The translations under genes and the position numbers were made by a program. Below the pieces are notes generated by a model that did no database searches, was not told the origin of the DNA, and saw only the letters and a program-made list of their open reading frames with translations. A stretch of DNA of 55,487 bases, from positions 1-55,487 of the IMG/VR virus record IMGVR_UViG_3300045988_108176. One strand, given 5' to 3'. How positions within the stretch are numbered: the stretch's first letter is position 1; each line of letters starts with the position of its first letter. The DNA is from a virus. Below, in pieces: positions 35,736-45,871 of the stretch.

Positions 35736-35981
35736 ATGAGTACTGTGAATCATCCTAGGCACTATTCGGGAACGAAAGTAGAATGTATCGACGCCATTGA
35801 ATCAGCCATTTCTAATAAGAATGGTATTGAAGGTTTTTATGTAGGTCAGATTATTAAGTATATTTGGCGGTTTGACCAAAAGAATGAAATCGAAGATTTG
35901 GAGAAAGCAAGATGGTATTTGAACCGTCTTATAAAGATTAAGAATAAAACATATGTGAAGGACACAAAGGAGGAAAAGTAA
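35736..35981 (+). CDS. DUF3310-family protein
   Basis: HPRHY...ECIDAIE...GQIIKYIWRFDQKN.IEDLEKARWYL signature. Confidence 0.8.
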   Translation: MSTVNHPRHYSGTKVECIDAIESAISNKNGIEGFYVGQIIKYIWRFDQKNEIEDLEKARWYLNRLIKIKNKTYVKDTKEEK

Positions 35982-36850
35982 TGATATCATTTAATACAGT
36001 TAAAAATTTCGTGAAGGCATGCCTGCCTACAGCACTTACTACTATGGGTGTAATCGGTATCGGCGTGTTTGGATATTCTGTAAAGAAGGGCGCAGAAAAA
36101 CATATCGCAGCAAAGAAGAAGCACGAAGAAACCGCGGCTGTCATCGAAGATGCAAAAAACGACGAGACATTCGAATATACTGAAGAAGATATTGCGAACG
36201 ATACTAAGGTAAACGACCTGACTTACGCTCGCGAATGCGTTAAGGCATATATTCCTTCTGTACTCGTTGGTGGCCTTACAACTGCTGCGTTTGTAGGCGC
36301 ACACTGTATCTTGAACAAACGCTACCTCACGCTTGGTAGTGCATTTATCGGAGTTTCGAGTGCTTTTAATAAGTACAGAGAAAACGTGAAAGAAAAGTAC
36401 GGTGAGGATGCTGATAGGCAGTTCAGATTCAATGTAAAAGATGTTAAACCGCCTGAAGACGGAACTACGTCTAAGAAGAAAAAGCAGACTGAAAAAACCA
36501 TCGAACCTGAGCACAGTGCCTATACAAGATGCTTCTGTAAAGGGAGCCCGGGTTGGACTGATGACGCAGAAGATAGATTGTTCTACCTGTTGAAGATGCA
36601 ACGGTTCGCGAATGAAAAATTCAGCGTAAATAAGACTATGACCCTTAACGAGGTGTATGAAATGCTCGGATTCCCGAGGACACCGCAGGGACAACTCGTA
36701 GGCTGGAGCAAGAAGATAGACAAAAACGCAAAGATTGATTTTGGTATCTATGATATTTCAGATGAATCAAAACGTTTGTTTATCAACGGATATGAACCGG
36801 GTATTTGGCTGGACTTTAATGTCCAAGGAGACGTGTTGCAGTATATCTAA
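35981..36850 (+). CDS. membrane protein, GW-motif family member 3
   Basis: TM segments; C-terminal MTLNEVYEMLGFPRTPQGQLVGWSKK. Confidence 0.5.
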   Translation: MISFNTVKNFVKACLPTALTTMGVIGIGVFGYSVKKGAEKHIAAKKKHEETAAVIEDAKNDETFEYTEEDIANDTKVNDLTYARECVKAYIPSVLVGGLTTAAFVGAHCILNKRYLTLGSAFIGVSSAFNKYRENVKEKYGEDADRQFRFNVKDVKPPEDGTTSKKKKQTEKTIEPEHSAYTRCFCKGSPGWTDDAEDRLFYLLKMQRFANEKFSVNKTMTLNEVYEMLGFPRTPQGQLVGWSKKIDKNAKIDFGIYDISDESKRLFINGYEPGIWLDFNVQGDVLQYI

Positions 36851-36864
36851 GGAGGTAAAATACT

Positions 36865-37485
36865 ATGACTAATTGGATGTGGTTTGTAAGTGGTGTTATT
36901 GCCGGAGGTCTTATCACAGGGGTTACGTCGTTCTTTATATTTAAGAAAAAGAAGGACGAAATGGAAAGGAAATATACAGATATGGTGAACGACTTTTTTC
37001 GTCACGATGATGACAACTTTAAAAAGGATATGGATGATGCGGTAAAAAGCGCAAAGGAAGTAATTGATATTTATTCTGGCTCCAGTGAGTCGGATGACAT
37101 GTTCGATGACGATGAGTATCCTGACGATGAGTTTGATATGTTTTCATCTGACGACGATGAATTGACTGACGATGACGTTATTTGTTATGAAAAAGATGAT
37201 GAGTATGATGGAGTACCGGAAGATTGTTATGTCGACGCGTCTACGGACATCATGATTATCGATTCATCTGAATATGGAGAAATCTCCACGTATCAGATGA
37301 TTCAGTGGGAATATAGTCTTGAAAAAGATAAGATGTATGATTTGAAGGGACGAGAAATAACCGACTACATAGATTATGTCGGAGACGCGTTTAAACGTAT
37401 ATTTAGGGAGACTGATGAAGATGCAGTCTATATCCAAAACAACACTCTCAAGAGATATTATGAAATCGCAGAAGATTTGAGCTGA
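36865..37485 (+). CDS. N-terminal TM, highly acidic protein
   Basis: 206 aa; WFVSGVIAGGLITGVTSFFIF; D/E-rich. Confidence 0.5.
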   Translation: MTNWMWFVSGVIAGGLITGVTSFFIFKKKKDEMERKYTDMVNDFFRHDDDNFKKDMDDAVKSAKEVIDIYSGSSESDDMFDDDEYPDDEFDMFSSDDDELTDDDVICYEKDDEYDGVPEDCYVDASTDIMIIDSSEYGEISTYQMIQWEYSLEKDKMYDLKGREITDYIDYVGDAFKRIFRETDEDAVYIQNNTLKRYYEIAEDLS

Positions 37486-37491
37486 GGATGA

Positions 37492-37995
37492 ATGATGAAC
37501 GATGAGAATGCATATTTCTCATATCTGGTGAGGAAGGTATTTTATAGGAGTGAATATTCACTTTTATTGAAATGCCTTTTCTCAACACCATACGTTAACA
37601 ATTTCGACGAGGACGATTCTAGGATTAAAAACGCGTTGTCTAAACGGCGGTTAAGTAATTTCAATGAATATGCTCCTCCGTTTCAGGAATCATCTGTATT
37701 TGAACTTCTCGTTGAATTGGCAATGGAAATCGAGAACACTTTGTATGACCCGAAATACGGTTATCGAGGTTCTCAATGGTTTTGGGAATTCATAGTAAAT
37801 ATGGGCCTCATAGATATGACGAATCCTAAATTCGATGAAAAAAAAGTAAAAGATATCATTGACAAATTCTGTTCTAAAACGTACAAGAAAAACGGAAGCG
37901 GTTCTCCGTTTGTGACTAGAAGTCCAAAAATAGACATGCGAACATTGTCTATCTGGGACCAGATGCAGGTCTTCATGACCGAACTATGTCATTGA
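37492..37995 (+). CDS. hypothetical protein
   Basis: 167-aa ORF. Confidence 0.5.
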   Translation: MMNDENAYFSYLVRKVFYRSEYSLLLKCLFSTPYVNNFDEDDSRIKNALSKRRLSNFNEYAPPFQESSVFELLVELAMEIENTLYDPKYGYRGSQWFWEFIVNMGLIDMTNPKFDEKKVKDIIDKFCSKTYKKNGSGSPFVTRSPKIDMRTLSIWDQMQVFMTELCH

Positions 37996-38025
37996 TATAT
38001 CAAAAACATTTAGAAGGGAGAACGG

Positions 38026-41000
38026 ATGGACTTCTATTTAATAGCAACTAAAAGAAGTAAGGATATGACAATTGAAGTCTATCCTAAATTTATCGTTAAT
38101 CGTACTAACGATTTGATGATAAGAGGTGGCGATTTTTATGCCGTTTGGAATGAGAAAGAACAGCTGTGGTCAACAGACGAAAACGTTCTGTTGAACCTGA
38201 TTGACAATGACGTAAAACAGTACGCAACTAAATTACAAGAGGAGAAACCTGACGTTACGGTCATTCCAAAATTTCTTTGGGATTCAGAATCAGGTCTCAT
38301 AGACAAATGGCATAAATATTGCCAAAAGCATCTTAGGGACAACTACGTACAATTAGATGATAAAATAACTTTCGCTGACCAACATCCCAAAAAAGAAGAC
38401 CATGTGTCCAAAAAGCTTTCATATACGTTAAACGATGGTCCTACGGACGCATGGGACGAACTTGTAGGTACTTTATATTCTTCGGCGGAAAAGGAAAAGA
38501 TAGAATGGGCCATAGGTTCAATTGTAGCAGGAGATTCTGTAAATATACAAAAATTCCTCGTGTTTTACGGTTCTGCTGGTACTGGTAAGTCAACAGTACT
38601 TAATATTATCCAGAAGTTGTTTGAAGGATATTATTCTGTATTTGACGCCAAGGCCTTAGGCTCTTCTAACAACTCTTTTGCTCTTGAACCGTTTAAGTGT
38701 AATCCATTGGTTGGCATACAACATGACGGCGACTTGTCGAGAATCGAAGATAATACTAGACTAAACAGTCTTGTATCACACGAGATGATGACCGTGAATG
38801 AGAAGTATAAGTCGTTGTACAGTAATCGGTACAGGTGTTTCTTATTCATGGGAACTAACAAACCCGTTAAGATAACCGACTCACGTTCTGGTATAATCAG
38901 ACGATTGATAGACGTTTCACCGACGGGTAAGAAGGTAAGCCAGCAGAAATACAATACGCTTACTAAAAAGATAGACTTTGAACTTGGTGCTATTGCGAAT
39001 AAGTGTAAGAAAGTCTATCTGAGTAATCCCACAAGATATGACAAATACGTTCCGGTTATAATGTTGAACGCTAGTAATGATTTTTATAATTTTGTTTTAG
39101 ATTCATACAACAAATTTATGGAAAACGACGGCGTTCCTCTTAAAGTTGCATGGGAAATGTATAAGAACTACTGCGATGAAGCAAAAGTTCAGTATCCGTT
39201 TTCGATGCGAATATTCAGAGAAGAATTGAGGAACTACTTCTATGAATATCACGAACGTTATATTTTGGAGGATGGAACACGAGCTAGGAGTTATTATCAT
39301 GGTTTTAAGGACTTGAATGTATCGGAAGAATCTCAGTGCGAAAATGATAATCATACGGACAATGGATGGCTTTCTATGAAATCTCAACCATCTGTTCTGG
39401 ATGATATTTTAAAAGACCAACCGGCACAATATGCGAATAATGACGGTCTTCCGTATAAAAAATGGGATTTAGTTAAAACCACGTTGTCATCTATTGACAC
39501 ATCTATATTGCACTATGTCAAAGTACCGCTTAATCATATAGTTATAGACTTCGACTTGAAAGACAATGGCGAAAAGTCTTTAGCTAAAAACATAGAAGCT
39601 GCGTCAAAATTTCCAAAGACGTATGCAGAGTTGAGTAAGAGCGGTAAAGGTGTTCACTTACATTATATTTATGAAGGAGATGTCTCTAAGCTAGCAGGCA
39701 TTTACTCAGAGAACATAGAAGTAAAAGTGTTCAATGGTAATTCGTCATTAAGACGACTTTTAACGAAATGTAACAACGAGCAAATAGCTGTAATAAATTC
39801 AGGACTTCCAACAAAAAAAGAAAACAAAGTGATAGATTTCAATGGATTAAAAAATGAAAAAGCTATCAGAACGGTTATATCGAGGCATTTGAAAAAAGAA
39901 ATAATGCCGTCGACCAAATCGTCGATAGACATGATATACAAAACTTTGGAAGAGGCGTATAATAGTGGTATTAACTACGACGTATCCGATTTGAAAAACG
40001 TAATCTACGCATTTGCAATGAATAGTACAAATCAGTCAGTTTATTGCATTAAAAAAGTAGCAGACATGAAATTCTGGGCAGAGCATGAAACTGTCAAGGA
40101 TTTAAATGAGGATAACACCGACGACCTCGTGTTTTTCGATGTAGAGGTGTTCCCCAATCTGTTTCTTATAAATTGGAAATTTAAGGGTGATGTTAATCCT
40201 GTCATACGCTTAATAAATCCAACACCGAACGATGTTGATAATCTTTGCAAACACAATTTAATCGGGTTCAACTGTAAACGATATGATAACCATATGTTAT
40301 ACGCACGGTTAATCGGTTATTCGAATGAAGAACTGTATAACCTAAGTCAAAAGATAATAACCGAAGGTAAAGGATTCTTTGGTCAGGCATATAGTTTGTC
40401 ATACGCAGATGTATACGATTTTGCTTCTGCTGGAAACAAAATGTCGTTGAAGAAGTTTGAAATAAAATTGGGTATACATCACAAAGAACTCGGTATGCCG
40501 TGGGATGAGCCGGTTAAAGACGAGGACATTCCAAAGGTAGCCGAATACTGTGACAACGATGTCATAGCTACAGAAGCGGTGTTCGATTTCTTGAAGGGCG
40601 ACTGGTTTGCTAGACAGATACTTGCTGATTTGTCAGGATTGTCTCTGAACACCTCTACAAACGAGCATACAGCTCGAATTATATTTGGTGCAGAGAAGAA
40701 TCCACAGAAAGAATTCAGATATAGGGATTTGTCAAAACCCGTCTTCGAACTCGACGAAGATGTATTGATATTTTTGAAAAAGTATTTCCCGGATATGATG
40801 GCGATTCGTCATGGTGAAGCGAATAGTCTTTTACCTTATTTTGACGGATACAAGTTCGATAAAGGTGTATCTACGTACAAAGGTATCGAGGTTGGTGAAG
40901 GAGGATTGGTATATTCTGAACCCGGTGTATATTTTAACGTTGCATTGTTAGACATAACGTCTCAGCATCCACATTCTACATTGTCTGAATGTTACTTCGG

Positions 41001-41931
41001 GCCTAAGTATACACAAAACTATATGGACCTCGTAGAAACGAGGGTTGAAGTCAAACATCAAAATGTGAACGTATTAAGAACAATGTTGGATGGTAAACTG
41101 TCGAAATATGTAGGTCGTATTGAATCGGGGGAACTCAGTTCTAAATATCTGTCGAACGGTCTTAAAACTCCTATAAATGCAGTTTACGGTCAGACATTTG
41201 CTTCGTTTGACAATCGTTTTCGTGATATTCGAAACATCGATAACATAATTGCGAAACGAGGCGCATTATTTATGGTCGACCTAAAGGAATTCGTAGAATC
41301 TAAAGGATTCACGGTCGCTCATATAAAGACGGACTCGATAAAGATACCAAATGCTACACCTGAAATAATTGAACAGGTTAAAGAGTTTGGTAAGAAGTAT
41401 GGTTATAACTTTGAACACGAAGCGACTTACGAAAAATTGTGTCTCGTAAATAAAGCAGTATATATAGCTAAAGACGCCAAAGATGGTCATTGGACTGCAA
41501 CAGGTACTCAATTCGCTGTTCCATACGTGTTCAAAACATTGTTCTCTCACGAACCAATTATATTTTCGGATTTGTGCGAGACTAAGACAGTTTCCACAGA
41601 AATGCTTTTGGATATGAATGAAACTCTTCCTGATGGCGAACACAATTATCAGTACGTAGGAAAAGTTGGAGCTTTTTGTCCTATAAAATCCGGACATGGC
41701 GGAGGCGTCTTGGTCAGCAGAAGAAAAAACAAAGATGGTTCATCTAAATACGATTCAGTCACAGGTACAAAAGACTATATGTGGCTTGAGTCAGAAGACG
41801 TAAAAAATCTAGGAAAGGAAGACGATATTGATATTTCATATTATGATAGTTTAGTTGATGACGCGGTAAAAACTATAAGTAAATATGTAAATTTCAATGA
41901 ATTTGTCGAAGATGAAGATAGTAGAGTTTGA
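38026..41931 (+). CDS. fused replicase: D5/P4-type SF3 helicase + AEP primase-polymerase + family B DNA polymerase
   Basis: - Helicase: Walker A GSAGTGKST (aa ~182), FLFMGTNKP, SGIIRRLIDV
- AEP: VIDFDLKD and SGKGVHLHY (aa ~506-545)
- PolB: ExoI FFDVEVF (~702), ExoII GFNCKRYD, ExoIII YCDNDV, motif A DITSQHPHS (~974), motif B KTPINAVYGQ (~1047), motif C KTDS (~1100). Confidence 0.75.
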   Translation: MDFYLIATKRSKDMTIEVYPKFIVNRTNDLMIRGGDFYAVWNEKEQLWSTDENVLLNLIDNDVKQYATKLQEEKPDVTVIPKFLWDSESGLIDKWHKYCQKHLRDNYVQLDDKITFADQHPKKEDHVSKKLSYTLNDGPTDAWDELVGTLYSSAEKEKIEWAIGSIVAGDSVNIQKFLVFYGSAGTGKSTVLNIIQKLFEGYYSVFDAKALGSSNNSFALEPFKCNPLVGIQHDGDLSRIEDNTRLNSLVSHEMMTVNEKYKSLYSNRYRCFLFMGTNKPVKITDSRSGIIRRLIDVSPTGKKVSQQKYNTLTKKIDFELGAIANKCKKVYLSNPTRYDKYVPVIMLNASNDFYNFVLDSYNKFMENDGVPLKVAWEMYKNYCDEAKVQYPFSMRIFREELRNYFYEYHERYILEDGTRARSYYHGFKDLNVSEESQCENDNHTDNGWLSMKSQPSVLDDILKDQPAQYANNDGLPYKKWDLVKTTLSSIDTSILHYVKVPLNHIVIDFDLKDNGEKSLAKNIEAASKFPKTYAELSKSGKGVHLHYIYEGDVSKLAGIYSENIEVKVFNGNSSLRRLLTKCNNEQIAVINSGLPTKKENKVIDFNGLKNEKAIRTVISRHLKKEIMPSTKSSIDMIYKTLEEAYNSGINYDVSDLKNVIYAFAMNSTNQSVYCIKKVADMKFWAEHETVKDLNEDNTDDLVFFDVEVFPNLFLINWKFKGDVNPVIRLINPTPNDVDNLCKHNLIGFNCKRYDNHMLYARLIGYSNEELYNLSQKIITEGKGFFGQAYSLSYADVYDFASAGNKMSLKKFEIKLGIHHKELGMPWDEPVKDEDIPKVAEYCDNDVIATEAVFDFLKGDWFARQILADLSGLSLNTSTNEHTARIIFGAEKNPQKEFRYRDLSKPVFELDEDVLIFLKKYFPDMMAIRHGEANSLLPYFDGYKFDKGVSTYKGIEVGEGGLVYSEPGVYFNVALLDITSQHPHSTLSECYFGPKYTQNYMDLVETRVEVKHQNVNVLRTMLDGKLSKYVGRIESGELSSKYLSNGLKTPINAVYGQTFASFDNRFRDIRNIDNIIAKRGALFMVDLKEFVESKGFTVAHIKTDSIKIPNATPEIIEQVKEFGKKYGYNFEHEATYEKLCLVNKAVYIAKDAKDGHWTATGTQFAVPYVFKTLFSHEPIIFSDLCETKTVSTEMLLDMNETLPDGEHNYQYVGKVGAFCPIKSGHGGGVLVSRRKNKDGSSKYDSVTGTKDYMWLESEDVKNLGKEDDIDISYYDSLVDDAVKTISKYVNFNEFVEDEDSRV

Positions 41932-42085
41932 ACTTTATTGTTCAAAATGTAAACATTATAACAGCAGTGACGCAGATGACCCCTGCGATTACTGTTTAAG
42001 TGTCCCCGCTAGAGAAAATTCTAGACGACCTATAAAGTATGAAGAAAATAAAAAGATTGTCAAAAAGACAAAAGAAAGGAAGTAA
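41912..42085 (+). CDS. small zinc-ribbon protein
   Basis: CSKC...CDYC; the start is 41897 or 41912. Confidence 0.45.
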   Translation: MKIVEFELYCSKCKHYNSSDADDPCDYCLSVPARENSRRPIKYEENKKIVKKTKERK

Positions 42086-42090
42086 TTATT

Positions 42091-43146
42091 ATGAAAAAAA
42101 AATCTATGTATAATGATATTTTGGAAGCTTTGAACACTAATTGTGTAGTTATTGAAGAGATGACAGACGCAATAAATAGGGCAGCTTATAGGAGCTTTAA
42201 CTTTAAAGATGACGATGATAATATTTTCATAAAGCTCGCTAATGACGAAAATACTATGTGTAATGATATTTCGAAAACTCTTAGTATGATTTTGGAGACG
42301 TTGACAGAAATGAAGGATGCGATGAAAAGAATAGTTGATAACTCTGAGAGTTACACTGATAAAGCTCTCAAAACTTTGAATAAAGATGTATTTGAACAAA
42401 AAGATTTGATTCTTAATGCTTCTCTTGGTTTGTCAGGAGAAGTTGGAGAGGTCAATGATATTATAAAGAAATATATGTATCATGGACATAAGCTCGATAA
42501 TGACACGAATGAAAAGATTATCCTTGAGCTTGGTGACGTGTGCTGGTATGTAGCTCTTATGGCATGGGCTATTGATAAAACCAAGTTCGAAGATGTTCTT
42601 AACAAGAATATTGAAAAGTTAGAGAAACGTTATCATGGCGAATTCTCTACAGAGAAGAGTATTAATCGTAAGGAAGATTCCAATAATAGTTGTGAAGAAA
42701 AGAAAAACGATTCCGATAATGGTTTCGAAACGTTCGTTAAACATTATGACGAGGAACTTGATAAAATGAGAATAAATTGTAAAGATGATTGTGATTTTGA
42801 GTTCGAAACCACCCTTAGCGACGAAGCATGGCATAAATTGGTTCGTTATTTTGAGAACGAAGCTGACACTCAAGAAGAATGTGACGCTAATCAATCAAAT
42901 GAAGATGAAGAAAAAGATAGTAAGAAAATGAGTGACGATGATACAAAAATAAAAGCGTATAAGGACTTAAAGGATATGCTCGACGCATATTATAATGTAC
43001 GTTGGATGAATGATTTGCTGAAATTACTTTTTGATAAAAAAGATAATAAGGAACCGAGTAAAGAAGAGCCGAAAACAATTAATGATTTAAGGGAATTAAG
43101 TATAGAAGATATGTTCGACGAATATTATATACCGTACTTTCGTTGA
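42091..43146 (+). CDS. MazG-like nucleotide pyrophosphohydrolase domain protein with N- and C-terminal extensions
   Basis: GLSGEVGEVNDIIKKY...ELGDVCWYVALMA...NIEKLEKRY. Confidence 0.75.
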   Translation: MKKKSMYNDILEALNTNCVVIEEMTDAINRAAYRSFNFKDDDDNIFIKLANDENTMCNDISKTLSMILETLTEMKDAMKRIVDNSESYTDKALKTLNKDVFEQKDLILNASLGLSGEVGEVNDIIKKYMYHGHKLDNDTNEKIILELGDVCWYVALMAWAIDKTKFEDVLNKNIEKLEKRYHGEFSTEKSINRKEDSNNSCEEKKNDSDNGFETFVKHYDEELDKMRINCKDDCDFEFETTLSDEAWHKLVRYFENEADTQEECDANQSNEDEEKDSKKMSDDDTKIKAYKDLKDMLDAYYNVRWMNDLLKLLFDKKDNKEPSKEEPKTINDLRELSIEDMFDEYYIPYFR

Positions 43147-43178
43147 ACATTTTGATTTTAGACAGGAGAAAAGATAAT

Positions 43179-43481
43179 ATGGTAGAAAAAAAGATGATGA
43201 GTGAAGAAGAGGTAAAAGCAACGGTAGATAATCTCGTCTTAGATGTGCTCAAAGAAGCTCAAGAAAAAATAGGTAATAAAGTTACTGAAAAAGAAGGATT
43301 AACGATAGTTTACAATCTACTCCTAGATGCGCTCAACGAATATTATATAGCATATTACAAAGCGTGTTACCTTAATGAAATGGTTAATGTTCTTTTCAAA
43401 AATACATTCGGAGAATCGTCACGTAAAAAACAGGATAAAACACGTTTCATTATGACAGAAATTGATAAACTTTTTGAATAA
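43179..43481 (+). CDS. hypothetical protein
   Basis: AGGAGA SD; start is ATG 43179. Confidence 0.45.
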   Translation: MVEKKMMSEEEVKATVDNLVLDVLKEAQEKIGNKVTEKEGLTIVYNLLLDALNEYYIAYYKACYLNEMVNVLFKNTFGESSRKKQDKTRFIMTEIDKLFE

Positions 43482-43497
43482 ATGGAGGAACAATAAT

Positions 43498-44013
43498 ATG
43501 GAATGCAAAACTAACGGACAAACAATAGAAATAAACAACGCTAAAATTATATTTAAGAATTTTAGTGGAAAACCGGGCGTTTACAACAAGGAAGGAGATA
43601 GAAATTTCTGTCTAGTGCTTCCTGACGATGCTGCGGTAGACTTCTTTAGAAGAAACGGATATTCTCCCACAGTAAAACCTTCAACGTCGGAGGCAGGAGA
43701 ATTCTTTAGATACATTAAGGTTAAATTGAAGTTCAATCAGTGGGGACCTACGATAATTCTTAAATCCGGTGATAAAAAGACAAGAGTTGACGAGAATCTT
43801 GTTTCAGCATTGGATTCTATTAGGATTGAGTCGGTTGACATGGATATTAGGCCGTATCATTGGGAGCGGCCTAACGGCGAGAGCGGTCAGACTGCGTATC
43901 TCAGTGGTATGACAGTTTACCAGCAAATCGACCGATTCGAACAAATGATGATGGAGACTAACGAAAATGGTTCTTCTGATGATAATTTTGATGATAGTGA
44001 TTTACCTTTTTAA
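43498..44013 (+). CDS. ssDNA-binding-like protein
   Basis: Acidic C-terminal tail SSDDNFDDSDLPF resembles the SSB D-D-D-I-P-F tip. Sits in the replication block. Confidence 0.5.
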   Translation: MECKTNGQTIEINNAKIIFKNFSGKPGVYNKEGDRNFCLVLPDDAAVDFFRRNGYSPTVKPSTSEAGEFFRYIKVKLKFNQWGPTIILKSGDKKTRVDENLVSALDSIRIESVDMDIRPYHWERPNGESGQTAYLSGMTVYQQIDRFEQMMMETNENGSSDDNFDDSDLPF

Positions 44014-44205
44014 TCAAGATTAAAGGGTAAGGTCAATTCAATAACTATTAGACATTGGGGTCAGCATAGCCAATGCCGGTGACAAGTAGCGCTAGTCATT
44101 TACTCTCGTATGCCTCTTAACAATGCCCACTATGCGAGCTGACCGTCGCTTTCTAGTTCCGATGCGTAAAATAGAACTAGATTCTTTATATTTTAGAGAG
44201 GATAT

Positions 44206-45357
44206 ATGGAACTTAGAGAATACCAAAAAGACGCATTGTCTAAAATGCATAACGGATGTATTTTGTGTGGTGGCGTTGGTTCAGGGAAGTCATTAACCGC
44301 TCTTGCCTACGCTAAACTCAAAGGATATTTAGATGTATACATCATTACTACAGCACGAAAACGTGATACGAATGAATGGGAATCAGACATACAAAAACAT
44401 GGCGGATTAGAAGGTTATACATTTAGAATAGATTCATGGAACAACATCAAAAAATATATTAATATAAAAGACGCATTCTTTATATTTGACGAACAGAGAG
44501 TTATTGGGCATGGGGAGTGGGTGAAATGCTTCCTTCAAATAACTAAGAAAAACAAATGGATTCTCCTCTCCGCTACCCCGGGGGATTCTTGGGAAGAATA
44601 TATCCCCGTCTTTATCGCAAATGGATTCTATAAAAATAGAACAGACTTCTTACATGAACATGCTGTTTTTAGTAAATTTTCGAAATACCCTAAGATAGAG
44701 AAATACATTGACGAAGGGTTATTGATATTTTACAGAGACAAAATTCTTGTTCCGATGAATTTCCATAGAAAGACAACTCAACATCATATAAACGTTTTCT
44801 GTGACTACGATGTAACTAAATACAGATACGTAATGCGAAACCGATGGGATATTTTCAATAATAAGCCCATCGAACAGATTAGTTCGTTATGTTATGCGCT
44901 CAGACGAATAGTCAATGATAATGATAACAAATCTCGTGAAGTTGAAAAGATTCAAAAGTTGCATAATCGATTAATTATATTTTACAATTTCGATTATGAA
45001 CTAGAACGACTTAAAAAAATACCGTATTTAAAAAATACGGTTATCGCTGAATGGAATGGACATAAGCATGAGAGTATACCTACATCCAAAAGATGGGTAT
45101 ATTTAGTTCAATACACTGCTGGAGCTGAAGGGTGGAACTGTACTGACACAGATACAATCGTATTTTTCAGTCCAAATTACTCGTATAAAGTTATGGTACA
45201 ATCGGCTGGTAGAATAGACCGATTGAATACCAGTTTCACAGATTTGTTTTATTATCATATAAAAACAAAATCTATTATAGATATAGCCATAAATTCGGCT
45301 TTATCAAAGAAAAAAAATTTCAATGAAAAGAGTCTAATTAAAAAGAGGGGAAAATGA
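44206..45357 (+). CDS. SF2 (DEAD/SNF2-like) helicase
   Basis: REYQKDAL, GGVGSGKS, IFDEQ, LLSATPG, QSAGRIDR motifs. Confidence 0.8.
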   Translation: MELREYQKDALSKMHNGCILCGGVGSGKSLTALAYAKLKGYLDVYIITTARKRDTNEWESDIQKHGGLEGYTFRIDSWNNIKKYINIKDAFFIFDEQRVIGHGEWVKCFLQITKKNKWILLSATPGDSWEEYIPVFIANGFYKNRTDFLHEHAVFSKFSKYPKIEKYIDEGLLIFYRDKILVPMNFHRKTTQHHINVFCDYDVTKYRYVMRNRWDIFNNKPIEQISSLCYALRRIVNDNDNKSREVEKIQKLHNRLIIFYNFDYELERLKKIPYLKNTVIAEWNGHKHESIPTSKRWVYLVQYTAGAEGWNCTDTDTIVFFSPNYSYKVMVQSAGRIDRLNTSFTDLFYYHIKTKSIIDIAINSALSKKKNFNEKSLIKKRGK

Positions 45358-45440
45358 AATATTTATATTTTATTGTAGGGCTTATTGCTGCAGTTGTAAC
45401 TTTTATCATTCTTTTCGCAATTGATACGGCGGTGTCTTAA
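45354..45440 (+). CDS. 28-aa TM micropeptide
   Basis: ATGA overlap with the helicase stop; MKYLYFIVGLIAAVVTFIILFAI. Confidence 0.35.
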   Translation: MKYLYFIVGLIAAVVTFIILFAIDTAVS

Positions 45441-45499
45441 GTATGAATTTAGCAATTGTCCTGTAACTAGAATAGATTTAATATGGAGGAAGAAATAAA

Positions 45500-45676
45500 A
45501 TGGAGATTTTGCTTTTTGGGTTGTTTGCGGCAGGTTTTGGATGCTTACTTATTAGTACACACAGCTGGGCATATGACGGACTTAGGTACGCCATCCCTTG
45601 GTGGGTGGCTTGGTTTGTTTTGCATGGAGCACTTATCGTTATTGAGATACTTCGAGTAAAAGGAATTATTGGATAA
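45500..45676 (+). CDS. 58-aa membrane protein, paralogue A1
   Basis: ATGGAGGA SD; ...THSWAYDGLRYAIPWWVAWF... Confidence 0.55.
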   Translation: MEILLFGLFAAGFGCLLISTHSWAYDGLRYAIPWWVAWFVLHGALIVIEILRVKGIIG

Positions 45677-45691
45677 AATGGAGGAAGAGAT

Positions 45692-45871
45692 ATGATATCG
45701 TTTTTACTTTTCACGGGAATGTTGCTCGGTTTTGAGTTATTGTTTATTGGCACTCACAGTTGTATATATGACGGATTTAGATATGCAATACCGTGGTATG
45801 TCGCGTGGTTTATAATACATGGTGGTACTTTTGTTGGACTATTGCTTATGGCAAGAGGAATCATTGGTTAA
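45692..45871 (+). CDS. 59-aa membrane protein, paralogue A2
   Basis: ...THSCIYDGFRYAIPWYVAWF...; same SD context. Confidence 0.55.
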   Translation: MISFLLFTGMLLGFELLFIGTHSCIYDGFRYAIPWYVAWFIIHGGTFVGLLLMARGIIG

